From a virus: a stretch of 64,000 bases of DNA. A program made the position numbers and the translations under genes. The first letter of the stretch is position 1. Each line of letters opens with the position of its first letter. This document shows, piece by piece, positions 27,084-36,758 of the stretch. The stretch lies in the IMG/VR virus record IMGVR_UViG_3300034409_000017, positions 1,137 to 65,136 of that record; one strand, 5' to 3'. Below the pieces are notes generated by a model. That model did no database searches. It saw only the letters and a program-made list of their open reading frames with translations, and had not been told where the DNA came from.

Positions 27084-27980
27084 TTAACGTCTATTAGCTG
27101 CCCGCTCTGCTAACTTTTTTCGAACTCTGGAACTCAAATCTTCCTGTTCGCTTTGGTCCGCTGAAGGTCCCTCATCTGGAATATCCTCATCAACTTGAGG
27201 TTCCTGCTCTGGCTCTTCTTGTGGAACATTTTCAGGCGCTGGAGTATTAGTACGATTAGAAGGTCTGCTTCTTTCAATTGCTCTTCTTGGAGGTGCAATC
27301 GCTTCTTGATCATCCGGTTCTCCCGTAAGCATTTTTGTTAATATTGCTTGAAGCTCAGAAGCCTGTGGAACTTCCAGGATATTTTCAAAAAGATCCAGCT
27401 CGTCTGCTAACGCCTCGTCCAAAGGAAACGGTTGCGAATCCAGCTCGATTCCATCATACTTGGTACCAATTCCTTGCCCCGTTTTTGTAAAGAATACGAT
27501 TCTTCCCAATTTTGGGTCTTCCAAAGGAATCAATTCCCCTGTTCTTCGATTTTTGGTTAAATTTAGAACACCATCCACTAACGTTGGTGGAGCTGCCCAC
27601 AGTTTTAATTCTTCTTTTTCATCATTAAGATCAAGAACAAACATCAAATGGCGTTTCGTGGCACGATATTTTTTCTTTTCTTGCTCATCCGCTTCTTGGC
27701 GAATATCAAAAAAATGGTTTTGAATTGGGTCTTCCACGGTTTGGTCAAACGTTTTAGAACTCAAAAAACTCCGATTATTCATATAGTAAGCCCAAACTTC
27801 AAGCCCCCATAGCGACGCATGCTTATCATCCGATAATGGCGGCACAATTCGAATTTGGTTATCCCCATCCGAAGGCACAAAAATTGGTATATCCGCCTTT
27901 ACATAGCTCAATCCTTTTTGCGAGCGCTGGTTCATTTGGCTTTCTCTTTGGTCCACACTTGCTGTTTTAAAACTACTCAT
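27084..27980 (-). CDS. Single-stranded DNA-binding protein (gp32-like)
   Basis: GDNQIRIVPP, DPKLGR..FTKTGQGIGTKY, acidic C-terminus. Confidence 0.8.
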   Translation of the reverse strand: MSSFKTASVDQRESQMNQRSQKGLSYVKADIPIFVPSDGDNQIRIVPPLSDDKHASLWGLEVWAYYMNNRSFLSSKTFDQTVEDPIQNHFFDIRQEADEQEKKKYRATKRHLMFVLDLNDEKEELKLWAAPPTLVDGVLNLTKNRRTGELIPLEDPKLGRIVFFTKTGQGIGTKYDGIELDSQPFPLDEALADELDLFENILEVPQASELQAILTKMLTGEPDDQEAIAPPRRAIERSRPSNRTNTPAPENVPQEEPEQEPQVDEDIPDEGPSADQSEQEDLSSRVRKKLAERAANRR

Positions 27981-27989
27981 AATTTTCTC

Positions 27990-28538
27990 CTACTTTTTTT
28001 GCTTATTGAACTTGCTAACAGTGCTTGATTCTATCTTGCTCTGCAGGTTTAAAAAGGGCTTCTCAAGAAACCCAACAAAAGGAAAAAGAAATAAATCCCC
28101 ATCCTTTTTTCTAATGAGCGAAGCAGATTCTACAAACTCTCCTATCGCTGCACTATTCGTTATACATAGAATTTCCATTCTATTGCTTTTAAGTATCAAT
28201 GTCCAGGTTCTACCATACGGTTCTGAGGATTCCTCAGCCTGAAACATAAATTCATCTATTTTACTGTTCTTGCCCGCCATAAAATTCCAAAGGTCTCCTT
28301 TCAAATCAGCGTAAAACTTTAATTCGAAAAGAGTGTGATTGGTAAGCCACTCTCCGATACCCTTATCCGCATAAATGTCGCCGCCCGTACCGCTTAATCC
28401 CTTTTTATCCCGAGCCGCCCCTCCGCTTCCGGATCGCCTACAAAAGATGTGCGCATCCTGGTTATTACTTATCCAATTACTTAGAAGTTTAGAAACATCA
28501 CGCTCGAATGCGCTGCCCTTATTGTGAGATTTTGCCAT
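27990..28538 (-). CDS. Holliday junction resolvase-like PD-(D/E)XK nuclease
   Basis: KGSAFER, R.SGSGG, GDI, ELKFY. Confidence 0.82.
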   Translation of the reverse strand: MAKSHNKGSAFERDVSKLLSNWISNNQDAHIFCRRSGSGGAARDKKGLSGTGGDIYADKGIGEWLTNHTLFELKFYADLKGDLWNFMAGKNSKIDEFMFQAEESSEPYGRTWTLILKSNRMEILCITNSAAIGEFVESASLIRKKDGDLFLFPFVGFLEKPFLNLQSKIESSTVSKFNKQKK

Positions 28539-29458
28539 TAGGTTCCCCAGCTATTGCCCCACAAATCTACGTGCAGTCTGGGAGAATAATTCCATCGATT
28601 TTTTAAGCAGATTTCAGCAACGTGCTTTGAGTTTCCTCGGTACTCCTCTAAAGTGCCACCAGTGGGCATTAAATAAACTGGAAGGTCTACCTTTTCCTCT
28701 TTATACTGAGCAATCGCTTTCTTTACTTCCTCCACGCTTTCATCCCTTGAAACAACAAACTTTAGGTACGCCTCAGAATGAGGAGTTGCATCTAAGCAAT
28801 CCTTTATAGCCTTTGGTTTAATAGCCTTATTCCAGGATTCTCCGGATTCGCTTAATTTGGGAGAAAAGCTCCAAATTAAGTTCCTTCCTAAGTCTTTGAA
28901 CAGCTTTAGCCGTGCACTGATAGATCCATTCGATTCTATGGTTATTTTATCCACCCCTCTTGCTCCAAGGGCTCTAAACAACGGCTGGAAAGCTGGCTGC
29001 CACTTATACATAGGCTCGCCACCTGTGATAACCACATCAATACCCTTTAACGGTGCATTATAAAACGAATGGGCACTGGGGTTTTTACCATCAAGTCCCA
29101 GACAATTTAAAATTGCAACACATAAATCTTCTACTGTGCCTTCTGTGGTGAGATGCTCACACCTTGGATCCCAAGCTGCATAACTATCACATCCAGTTTT
29201 TATGATTGGGAGACTTTTCAAGGCTGTAAACTTTTCAACCTCTACCTCTTCATAGGAATTGCTTAATTCTCCATCTGGCATACCAAACCCTTGACAAGTA
29301 AAATTGCAGCCAAACAACCGAATAAAAACGGTTGGCTTTCCAACTCGAAGTCCTTCCCCTTGTATAGAGTAAAAGACTTCAAGCCACTTCAACTTTTGCT
29401 GTGCTTCATTCATGATTTTATGCCCTTTCTTTAAACCTTTTTTCTCCTGATTCACCAT
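28538..29458 (-). CDS. queE: 7-carboxy-7-deazaguanine synthase (radical SAM)
   Basis: EVFYSIQGEG, FIRLFGCNFTC...GCDS, TGGEP, ESNG, SPK, PRLH. Confidence 0.94.
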   Translation of the reverse strand: MVNQEKKGLKKGHKIMNEAQQKLKWLEVFYSIQGEGLRVGKPTVFIRLFGCNFTCQGFGMPDGELSNSYEEVEVEKFTALKSLPIIKTGCDSYAAWDPRCEHLTTEGTVEDLCVAILNCLGLDGKNPSAHSFYNAPLKGIDVVITGGEPMYKWQPAFQPLFRALGARGVDKITIESNGSISARLKLFKDLGRNLIWSFSPKLSESGESWNKAIKPKAIKDCLDATPHSEAYLKFVVSRDESVEEVKKAIAQYKEEKVDLPVYLMPTGGTLEEYRGNSKHVAEICLKNRWNYSPRLHVDLWGNSWGT

Positions 29459-29867
29459 CAGCTTTTGCTTTGGGAACCGTGTTTATACTGCCTAAACTCC
29501 AATACTGGGCGTGGTACAAACTTACTAAGTTTTTAATGCTGGATTCTCTCTGCATAAAAACTTCCCTCACCTGGTCGACCTTATCATAAGCCTCTCGGCA
29601 ATTGAGATGATTGGAACAAGCAGCGATATAATCCGAATGCGATTTTATACTTGAGGTAATTTTAGCTTCAGTAAACTTTTCCCCACTACCTTCGAAAGCT
29701 CGCCTAATACTAAGGTACAAAGAAGCTTCGATTCGATCAATTTCCAATTTTGCAGCACTCATCTGATTTCTTAGAGTCGGAAGGCTTTCCGTGGCTTCTT
29801 GAAATTCATAGGCATGAGTTTGTAAAATCGTATCTAAATTCGTTAAATCAATTGGTTCTAATTTCAT
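29418..29867 (-). CDS. UvsY-like recombination mediator
   Basis: Helical, EKFTEAKI.S.I..H.DY pattern; context with RecA and SSB. Confidence 0.6.
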   Translation of the reverse strand: MKLEPIDLTNLDTILQTHAYEFQEATESLPTLRNQMSAAKLEIDRIEASLYLSIRRAFEGSGEKFTEAKITSSIKSHSDYIAACSNHLNCREAYDKVDQVREVFMQRESSIKNLVSLYHAQYWSLGSINTVPKAKADGESGEKRFKERA

Positions 29868-29878
29868 ATTACATCTCC

Positions 29879-30118
29879 TTAATTTATGGTTCTACTCTGA
29901 AAATCGAGTGGTGTTATAGTTACCGCTTCTCCAAGACCATCACTTAATCTACCCGCAAGGTCTTGGGAAAGCAAAAAAGAGTGAGATTCTCCAGAATCAT
30001 CACTGAAGGTAAGAATAATCATACCTTCTTCATTTACGTGTATCGCTGCGCGCTGGGGAGCTCTAATCATATCTTTTCTACTACTTAATAGTTGATCTCC
30101 CTTCGACTTCTTTGGCAT
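29879..30118 (-). CDS. Hypothetical protein (start likely MPKKSK)
   Basis: GGAGG RBS before ATG at 30118. Confidence 0.6.
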   Translation of the reverse strand: MPKKSKGDQLLSSRKDMIRAPQRAAIHVNEEGMIILTFSDDSGESHSFLLSQDLAGRLSDGLGEAVTITPLDFQSRTIN

Positions 30119-31088
30119 CGCCTCCCCCTTTATAGTACTTTTTAACAAGCATGTACATAACAGCCACAAACGAGGCGTTAGAGTACATATTTTTAACCGT
30201 TTCTAATAATATAATCGCTTCAGCAATGCCAAGGTCAGCTCTCGTCAATAGCAGCCTACCTAACCTCGCGGTAAGCCCCTGTTTGACAGCATTAACATCT
30301 GCATTCGCTTTTAATATTTTCTGATCCAGAATTGTTGATATTTTTTTCCAAGCAGCCCTTTCGTTTCTGTTGCCGAGAAGAACAGCTACAATCTCACCGC
30401 TAATATCAAATTCTCCTTCGATCTGGAAATCCATAGAAATAGAACATATTAACTTTCTGGCTTTTTCAATATCATTCGTCAAAGCACTGCACCTTTCAAG
30501 CATGTTTAACGCAAGCCTTGGGCTTCCTGCTGACTGCTGCGCGATTTCCATTAGGATATCATCAGATACTTTAATACCCTCTATGTCTGCAACATCCGCA
30601 ACAAGCTCGACCGTATCTTCTGGAGTAAGCGGCTCAAATTTAAACTGCTTACAGCGAGTTTTAATGGTATCTATGAGCTTCTGAGGATCTGTGGTAGCAA
30701 GAACAAAGTAAGCGTGAGCTGGTGAGTCTTCTAAGATTTTCAATAAGGCATTTTGAGCATCCTTTGTTAACTGGTGGCATTCATCAAGGATATACACAGA
30801 AATTGGCGATCCTGGAACGCGGTATTGCGCCTGTTTGATAATTTCGCGCATACCATCAATACCACGAATATCTGAAGCGTTTATTTCTACAATTCCTGAA
30901 GCCGTTGCTCCCAGCTCGGTTGCAATAATTCTTGCAATGGTGGTTTTTCCACAGCCACTATTCCCAGTAAATAACCAGCTATGTGGTACGTCCTTCTTCT
31001 CGATTAGAGTCTTTACTGATTCAATAACGTGGGAATTTCCCAACATTTGATCTAATTTCGAAGGTCTATGTTTTGTAAATAACGCCAT
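30081..31088 (-). CDS. DnaX (gamma/tau)-like clamp loader AAA+ subunit
   Basis: KHRP, GCGKTT, LDECHQL..AQNALLK.LE, TIKTRC. Confidence 0.92.
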   Translation of the reverse strand: MALFTKHRPSKLDQMLGNSHVIESVKTLIEKKDVPHSWLFTGNSGCGKTTIARIIATELGATASGIVEINASDIRGIDGMREIIKQAQYRVPGSPISVYILDECHQLTKDAQNALLKILEDSPAHAYFVLATTDPQKLIDTIKTRCKQFKFEPLTPEDTVELVADVADIEGIKVSDDILMEIAQQSAGSPRLALNMLERCSALTNDIEKARKLICSISMDFQIEGEFDISGEIVAVLLGNRNERAAWKKISTILDQKILKANADVNAVKQGLTARLGRLLLTRADLGIAEAIILLETVKNMYSNASFVAVMYMLVKKYYKGGGDAKEVEGRSTIK

Positions 31089-31089
31089 T

Positions 31090-31671
31090 TTATTTGTTCT
31101 CCTTTACCATAATATCTTTAACTATTGATTTTATATCAGTATACAGATCATTCATTGATCCATTGTTTGATAATTTATACTTAGTAAGATGTTCACTAAC
31201 TCCTTTTTCGGTAATGTGATCATCAGCAGGTGTGGAATCTCGTTGTATATCAATGATTACCCCATTTTTAGATAAAATGTATTCAGCTTCATTATCAAAA
31301 CGTACATCACTAACAACAATAAATTTATCCGCCATGCCGTAAAGGCGCACATCCATTCTATCTACCCAAAAATTCGTCGATATTGAATCTCGAGCAAATT
31401 CGGTTCCAAGTTTCTGAAGAAAGCTCCTATAAGTAAAATTGAATCCTGGAACAATTGCTTCTTTGTCTTCCAACCTCGCTTTAAACATCCATTTTTTTGG
31501 AACTCCTAATAGTACAGCAGCAGCTTCTTTCAATGGATCCGCAAAGGCTAATTCAACAAACCCCTCTTTTTCCATGATATGTGCCACCGTTGATTTTCCT
31601 GAACCTTTGCGCCCAGCGAGACCTATTATTAACATATTACCCCAAAAAAATTCCTGATTTTCTAAATTCAA
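31090..31671 (-). CDS. Deoxynucleoside monophosphate kinase (T4 gp1-like)
   Basis: GRKGSGKST, FADPLK, LQKLGTE, SDVRFDNE. Confidence 0.9.
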   Translation of the reverse strand: MNLENQEFFWGNMLIIGLAGRKGSGKSTVAHIMEKEGFVELAFADPLKEAAAVLLGVPKKWMFKARLEDKEAIVPGFNFTYRSFLQKLGTEFARDSISTNFWVDRMDVRLYGMADKFIVVSDVRFDNEAEYILSKNGVIIDIQRDSTPADDHITEKGVSEHLTKYKLSNNGSMNDLYTDIKSIVKDIMVKENK

Positions 31672-32650
31672 TATCCAGACTTCTTGTTATCCAACACACT
31701 TTTCCAGCTTCTTTCCTCCAAAAGAGTTTGTTTTTACTTGGATATACATCCTTAACAAGTGGTCTGCTGTTTATGACTTTCAAATCATATTCCTGGGTAT
31801 TCGTATAATTTCTAAAAATAAGCAGAGATTCAAAAGTAGATAAGCACCGCCCTTTAGCAATGGCTTGAGAATATAAAGGATGACGCTTAGCGGGGTTGGA
31901 TTCAATGCAAATTTCTTGTTCAAACTCCACATTGTTTACGCTACTTAAAATCTGATCTAATAGTAATTTTTTTAGGGGCAACACTTTTCCCTGTAACTTT
32001 AAATCAGAAATTTTAACAATTAAAAATCCACCATCGCGCAAATTAACGGCAGAAGGTTCGATGCCTCGCACCACTTCAATTGCCCACTGTTTTGGATCTT
32101 GTATATTAGATAAATTTCTTGAATCCTCCTTATCGTATCGCTCCAATGTGAAAAAGGGAGGATCGGTAATAATGGCATCAACACCGTCACCAACCTTAAA
32201 ATCACGTGAATCCCCTAAATGAAGATCCACCAGACCCTCTCGGTCGTTTAAACCTGCAAAAAAATCCAAGTGCTTGAGCTGTGAATGGTACCTTTCACTG
32301 TTCAATTCAATTCCTATGTATCGGCGCTTCATCAAAAAAGGAATTATAGATGAAGTATGACCGGAAAAAGGATCAAAAACAACGGCTCCTTTAAAGGTAA
32401 AAAATTCGTAGATCCTCTTTAGGTATTCTGCATTCCACCTTGACAGGTGCTTACCACTCCCAGCCGTTACCCAATCTTTATGGGCTCTCATTTTCAATCT
32501 TTGCTGCTGAGAATGGTAACCTTGGTTCATTACCAGTTCCAATAATCGGTTTTTAGAAAACTTCCAAAGAGAAGCAGGCTCAAAAGACAGCTCCCTTGAA
32601 CTGGCCAATCGCATCATATCAACATTTTTAATTAGATCACCATCCTTCAC
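31637..32650 (-). CDS. Amino (N6A/N4C) DNA methyltransferase
   Basis: FDPFSG SAM motif, GIEL, GDS, TDPPF catalytic motif. Confidence 0.8.
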   Translation of the reverse strand: MKDGDLIKNVDMMRLASSRELSFEPASLWKFSKNRLLELVMNQGYHSQQQRLKMRAHKDWVTAGSGKHLSRWNAEYLKRIYEFFTFKGAVVFDPFSGHTSSIIPFLMKRRYIGIELNSERYHSQLKHLDFFAGLNDREGLVDLHLGDSRDFKVGDGVDAIITDPPFFTLERYDKEDSRNLSNIQDPKQWAIEVVRGIEPSAVNLRDGGFLIVKISDLKLQGKVLPLKKLLLDQILSSVNNVEFEQEICIESNPAKRHPLYSQAIAKGRCLSTFESLLIFRNYTNTQEYDLKVINSRPLVKDVYPSKNKLFWRKEAGKVCWITRSLDIEFRKSGIFLG

Positions 32651-35114
32651 TTAGCAACTCCTGTTTGATTTCTTCTGCTCTCACTAAACAATCCTGCAAA
32701 GATTTATATCCAGCCTGAACTGTATCTATACTCTTAACTGCCTGCTGTTCAGCCCAATTATCACCAACTTCACATTCCACCTGCAAAGGTGCAAAACTCT
32801 TCATAAGCGGCGATTTAGATAGAAACAACCAAGGCAAAACAAGCATAGCATCACATATATAATCTATGTTAGCGTTTAACTTTTCATCGTCCTTAATAAA
32901 CATACTGAGATCATCATGAATCATAAAAGAAATTTCATACTTTCTACCCAAAAAATTCATAGCAGTTAAGGTCATATCGGAAGCCGTGCTTTGAGTAGTA
33001 AAATTAAGCAGCTCATTATAAGCTATCGGTGATCTCCTAACCCTACCGTATAAAGATTTAATATACCCATTTTGTTGTTCACCCTTAACCACTTCCCGTT
33101 GCCAACTCCGTACAGTTGGATATCTATCAAAAATTGAGTTTTTAAAGGCTCTTGCAACTTGCAGGCTTATCCCGAGGCTTTCTGCTATATTAGCATCCCC
33201 TGCCCCGTAAAATGCAGGAAAAACCCCCCCATTTTTTACTTTGCCCCTTTGGGCTAAAGCATCTTCTTCGGACCAACCGCATTGGTCTCTATACACCCAC
33301 AATGCTTTCTCTGCGTGTATATCATATCCTTCTTGGAGGTCTTTTAGATATTGCTTATCTGCTGTTACTACTGCAAATAAACGGGCTTCAATTTGCCCAT
33401 AGTCGAAGCTGCATAGTTTATAGCCTTCAGGGGCTACAATCATGCTTCTCACCTCTTTTGCTTTCCGTTTTGGAAAGTTCTGCATATTGGGTTCGTTTGA
33501 GCTGGTTCTTCCAGTAATGGTTGCGGTTAAATTGAAACCGCCGTGGATTCTTCCATCATTATAAATATGCTTTGACATACCAGAAATATAAGTGGATTGC
33601 AGCTTCGCTACTGCTCTACAATCCATAACTTTCTGTGCTACTCCATCCTGGTAGGTGTTTACCAGGTATTGCATTGAGTCATTGTCCGTGGAATACCCTG
33701 TTTTGGTTTTATTTTTTAATTTGTATCCACAGTCATTTAAAAAATAATCCTGTAACTGCTTAGGAGATCCAGGATTTAATCCCATTCTTCCAGAATCTTT
33801 TCTAATATCTAACAATATAGAAGTGTGCTTCTTTTCATATTCATGATAAAACTTGGTTCTTGTTTTTTCGCAAACTGGTACCCCACGCATTTCAATCTTT
33901 ATAAATTGGAGCATAGCGGGAAGCATCAATGCCTTATAAAGCCTTTTATTTTCATCCGTATTGCACACCAAAGGCTCCAAATGCTGATAGAGTCTCAAGG
34001 TATAAAAAGAATCTAAAGCGTTATACTTCAATACATGTCTAAGTGGGAGCTTTTGAACATTGCTTACATCAACACTCCAATTTTTAACTCCCAAGTATCT
34101 CCAAGCTGCCACTTTCAGCTTGCTCATACTGTGCCTTCCATCATTGATCCAGCATAACAAGGAGGAATCTTCCCAAATTCCTTGAGGAGCTTTATCCAAA
34201 CCTCCGCCTGCCTTATACATGCCCCATAACATATCAAACTTGGTGTTATGCCCAATTTTTTTCTGTTTTGGGTTAAGGTGATAAAAGAAAGCTCCTACTA
34301 ATTCCATTACTGCCTTCTGCATATTCGAAGGAAAATAATCAAACAAAGGAATGGCAAAGGAAGTGCCATCATCAAATGCAAAGGAAACAGTATACAGCTC
34401 AGATGTCTTCCCCGCCTGACCATACGGTTTCAGTGATGTAGTTTCAAAGTCAAAAGCTACTATACTTTCGGTTTTTAACCTTTCAGCGCACTCAGCTATT
34501 TGATCAAAGGTTTCGCATAAAATAATATTAGGTTTAAGATCCACAGCTATTTTCACTGGTTCTTTAACCGATGCTAAATCATCGTACCATACCTGATACA
34601 GACTTTCATTTCTGTTCGCAACAAAAAAACTCGGGTTAAAAGTGATTACAGTAGTTATGACCTTTCCAGATTTGCTGAAGTAAGGAACTTTCGAACCCCT
34701 TACAGCAGGAATAGAATAAACACTTTCATAAGAGTTTGGAAAAACCGCTTTAATTGCATTATCCCCCAAACATATAATTCCATCTGGTTGATGAAAATCT
34801 ATTAAATCTCGAACAGTTTCTCCACATAGCTGGATTTCTTTTTCTTGCGCGTAAGATTGAGTTTGTGGCTTACATCTTACGGCTGCGGTAAAAAGAATTT
34901 CATCAAGATTAAACTCAAGGGATTTTAACACCTCCTTAAATTTCGCTCCAGAGGATCCTGCAAACAAGGCGCCCTTTGAGTCATCGTGTACGCTGGGCTG
35001 TGATATTACTACTACATACTTCGGTCGCGAGGATCCATTTGGTTTGAGTTTTGGGGATTTGCAGCCGCTTCGCTGATACAGCTTACAAGCGGCGCAATTC
35101 TTCTGTAAATCCAT
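32637..35114 (-). CDS. Family A DNA polymerase with N-terminal UDG family-4-like domain
   Basis: Exo DFETT/HNTKFD/YNALD; TGRTSS.EPNMQN, DYGQIEAR, K...FYG, IHDD; N-terminal CxxC...RCKP...C. Confidence 0.94.
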   Translation of the reverse strand: MDLQKNCAACKLYQRSGCKSPKLKPNGSSRPKYVVVISQPSVHDDSKGALFAGSSGAKFKEVLKSLEFNLDEILFTAAVRCKPQTQSYAQEKEIQLCGETVRDLIDFHQPDGIICLGDNAIKAVFPNSYESVYSIPAVRGSKVPYFSKSGKVITTVITFNPSFFVANRNESLYQVWYDDLASVKEPVKIAVDLKPNIILCETFDQIAECAERLKTESIVAFDFETTSLKPYGQAGKTSELYTVSFAFDDGTSFAIPLFDYFPSNMQKAVMELVGAFFYHLNPKQKKIGHNTKFDMLWGMYKAGGGLDKAPQGIWEDSSLLCWINDGRHSMSKLKVAAWRYLGVKNWSVDVSNVQKLPLRHVLKYNALDSFYTLRLYQHLEPLVCNTDENKRLYKALMLPAMLQFIKIEMRGVPVCEKTRTKFYHEYEKKHTSILLDIRKDSGRMGLNPGSPKQLQDYFLNDCGYKLKNKTKTGYSTDNDSMQYLVNTYQDGVAQKVMDCRAVAKLQSTYISGMSKHIYNDGRIHGGFNLTATITGRTSSNEPNMQNFPKRKAKEVRSMIVAPEGYKLCSFDYGQIEARLFAVVTADKQYLKDLQEGYDIHAEKALWVYRDQCGWSEEDALAQRGKVKNGGVFPAFYGAGDANIAESLGISLQVARAFKNSIFDRYPTVRSWQREVVKGEQQNGYIKSLYGRVRRSPIAYNELLNFTTQSTASDMTLTAMNFLGRKYEISFMIHDDLSMFIKDDEKLNANIDYICDAMLVLPWLFLSKSPLMKSFAPLQVECEVGDNWAEQQAVKSIDTVQAGYKSLQDCLVRAEEIKQELLSEGW

Positions 35115-35126
35115 TGTTACTCCTTT

Positions 35127-36224
35127 TTAGAGTAAGGACTTCCCTTCTTCAATATCTGGTAACACCGACACTTCTGGTTCTTCCGTTGATTCTTCGATTT
35201 CTCCCTTCGCCACATCCGTAAGAACCGCATAAAAACTTAACCCTCCTCGCGTTTTTCCAAATAGGTACCAAGTTCCATCCTGGGATATTGAAATGCTGTG
35301 CTCAAAAGTTCCAGAAGCCCAGCGCGATAAAAGAGAAATCCTGGTTACAAATTCTGCATCCGGAGCCTCCGTTTTACCAATGCACTCAGACCAGGTATCG
35401 TGGTGCACGAATATTTCCCCATTGGTAACCTTGAGCGATAAGATAGCTGAGGCAAACAGCTTCGCACGTTTCCATAGACCGCTCTTGAAATCCAGAGTCA
35501 CCTTTTTAGTTTCTCCCTTTTCGAAGTGATCCTTCAAGTGCATCATATCATTCACCACAGAAGATTTGGCTAATCCAGTAAATACATACTGAACCTCATG
35601 ACCAACAATATTGATGGTGTCTCCATCAATCATAAAATGGCTCATGCTTTTTAATCCCAACTCAACGATAGACCTTGGGCAGTAAAAATCGGGCAATTTC
35701 ATATCATCACTATGAAGATAAACCCCCCAATCAAAAGAAACCAATTTTCCATCTTGCCCATATACTCCTATCACATCACCCCAAAGGGCTTCGCCTTCGT
35801 TGGTGGTAAGAGCGTGCACTTCATTCCAAAGAGAATTGATTTCTGTGCCACTTTCATTTGCTTCTTCTAAGGTTTTCCACTTTAATAGTAAATGGGGTAC
35901 CTGTTCATGAAGATTGGTTACCACTGGAATCTTCAAGGATCCCTTACTTGCGAATTTAATAGTTATAGCGCTTTCTTTTTCAATCAGCTCAACGGAGCTA
36001 ATATCTTCCAGAACACTTACAGTTCTAAGGAATTTAGACGGCTCAGGAATTGCGTAGGCACCTGCTTTCTGCGCCAAAGAGCATAACCGCTCTCCAGCTA
36101 ACTTTCTTGAGTATTTAATGCCAACCTGCCCATTATAAACACACATTCCATCTGCAGTGACTACAAGGTAGCCAAGCTCCGGAATAAAGTTGTCTTTTTT
36201 TAATACTTTAAGTATTCTGTTCAT
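35127..36224 (-). CDS. Putative sliding-clamp (beta-like) protein
   Basis: 365 aa next to polymerase, clamp loader nearby; N-terminal pattern of phage clamp-like proteins; weak. Confidence 0.5.
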   Translation of the reverse strand: MNRILKVLKKDNFIPELGYLVVTADGMCVYNGQVGIKYSRKLAGERLCSLAQKAGAYAIPEPSKFLRTVSVLEDISSVELIEKESAITIKFASKGSLKIPVVTNLHEQVPHLLLKWKTLEEANESGTEINSLWNEVHALTTNEGEALWGDVIGVYGQDGKLVSFDWGVYLHSDDMKLPDFYCPRSIVELGLKSMSHFMIDGDTINIVGHEVQYVFTGLAKSSVVNDMMHLKDHFEKGETKKVTLDFKSGLWKRAKLFASAILSLKVTNGEIFVHHDTWSECIGKTEAPDAEFVTRISLLSRWASGTFEHSISISQDGTWYLFGKTRGGLSFYAVLTDVAKGEIEESTEEPEVSVLPDIEEGKSLL

Positions 36225-36400
36225 TTTTTATTTCTCCTTTTATTTATTGGTATAAAAATATCACAATTATCAGGTTCTGGTGGTTTTACATAAAGCCGAT
36301 AATGTGCAACTTCCCTGTTCGCAGTTACATGCCGCGCGCAGTTTTCTGCTCTACTGCAGTTCTCTTTATCTACAGTGCATAAAGCATCATCATTCTTCAT
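36221..36400 (-). CDS. Small Cys-rich protein (start likely MKNDDALC)
   Basis: C....C.RAE.C.R...C. Confidence 0.55.
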   Translation of the reverse strand: MKNDDALCTVDKENCSRAENCARHVTANREVAHYRLYVKPPEPDNCDIFIPINKRRNKK

Positions 36401-36758
36401 CCTTATCCTTTCTAAGCTGAGCTGAATCGTTGCTGTACGTCCCACTCTCATACCTCGTAGATAACTTTTCCATGTTAGCCTTCAAAATTTCCTCTCGGTT
36501 TAAATTCAAGCTTTGCCTAATCCCCTCCAAGTAGAACTCCAAATCCCCAAGTTCCTCGATTAAATTCTTTAAATCAATAGTCGTGTTGTAGATTACACAC
36601 TTCTTTATAGCGTCCAACAGTTCGCCAGCCTCGCCACAAACTCCAGTCCCCAGGTGCCATAAGTTAGCCTTGTCGGGGTCTAAATCCTTTAAGATATCTA
36701 TACCTGGCTTTCTAAGTGCCTCCACCATATTACAATAATCTCTACTATTTTCCATCAT
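36390..36758 (-). CDS. MazG-like nucleoside triphosphate pyrophosphohydrolase
   Basis: GEAGELLD.IKK, EELGDL.FY, N.EKL..RY. Confidence 0.9.
   Translation of the reverse strand: MMENSRDYCNMVEALRKPGIDILKDLDPDKANLWHLGTGVCGEAGELLDAIKKCVIYNTTIDLKNLIEELGDLEFYLEGIRQSLNLNREEILKANMEKLSTRYESGTYSNDSAQLRKDKDEE

Noticed and set aside
32637..35114. Z-genome (DpoZ/PurZ) or uracil-DNA system
   Set aside because: No purZ seen; the HD protein is SpoT-like rather than DatZ-like; nothing directly supports dU-DNA
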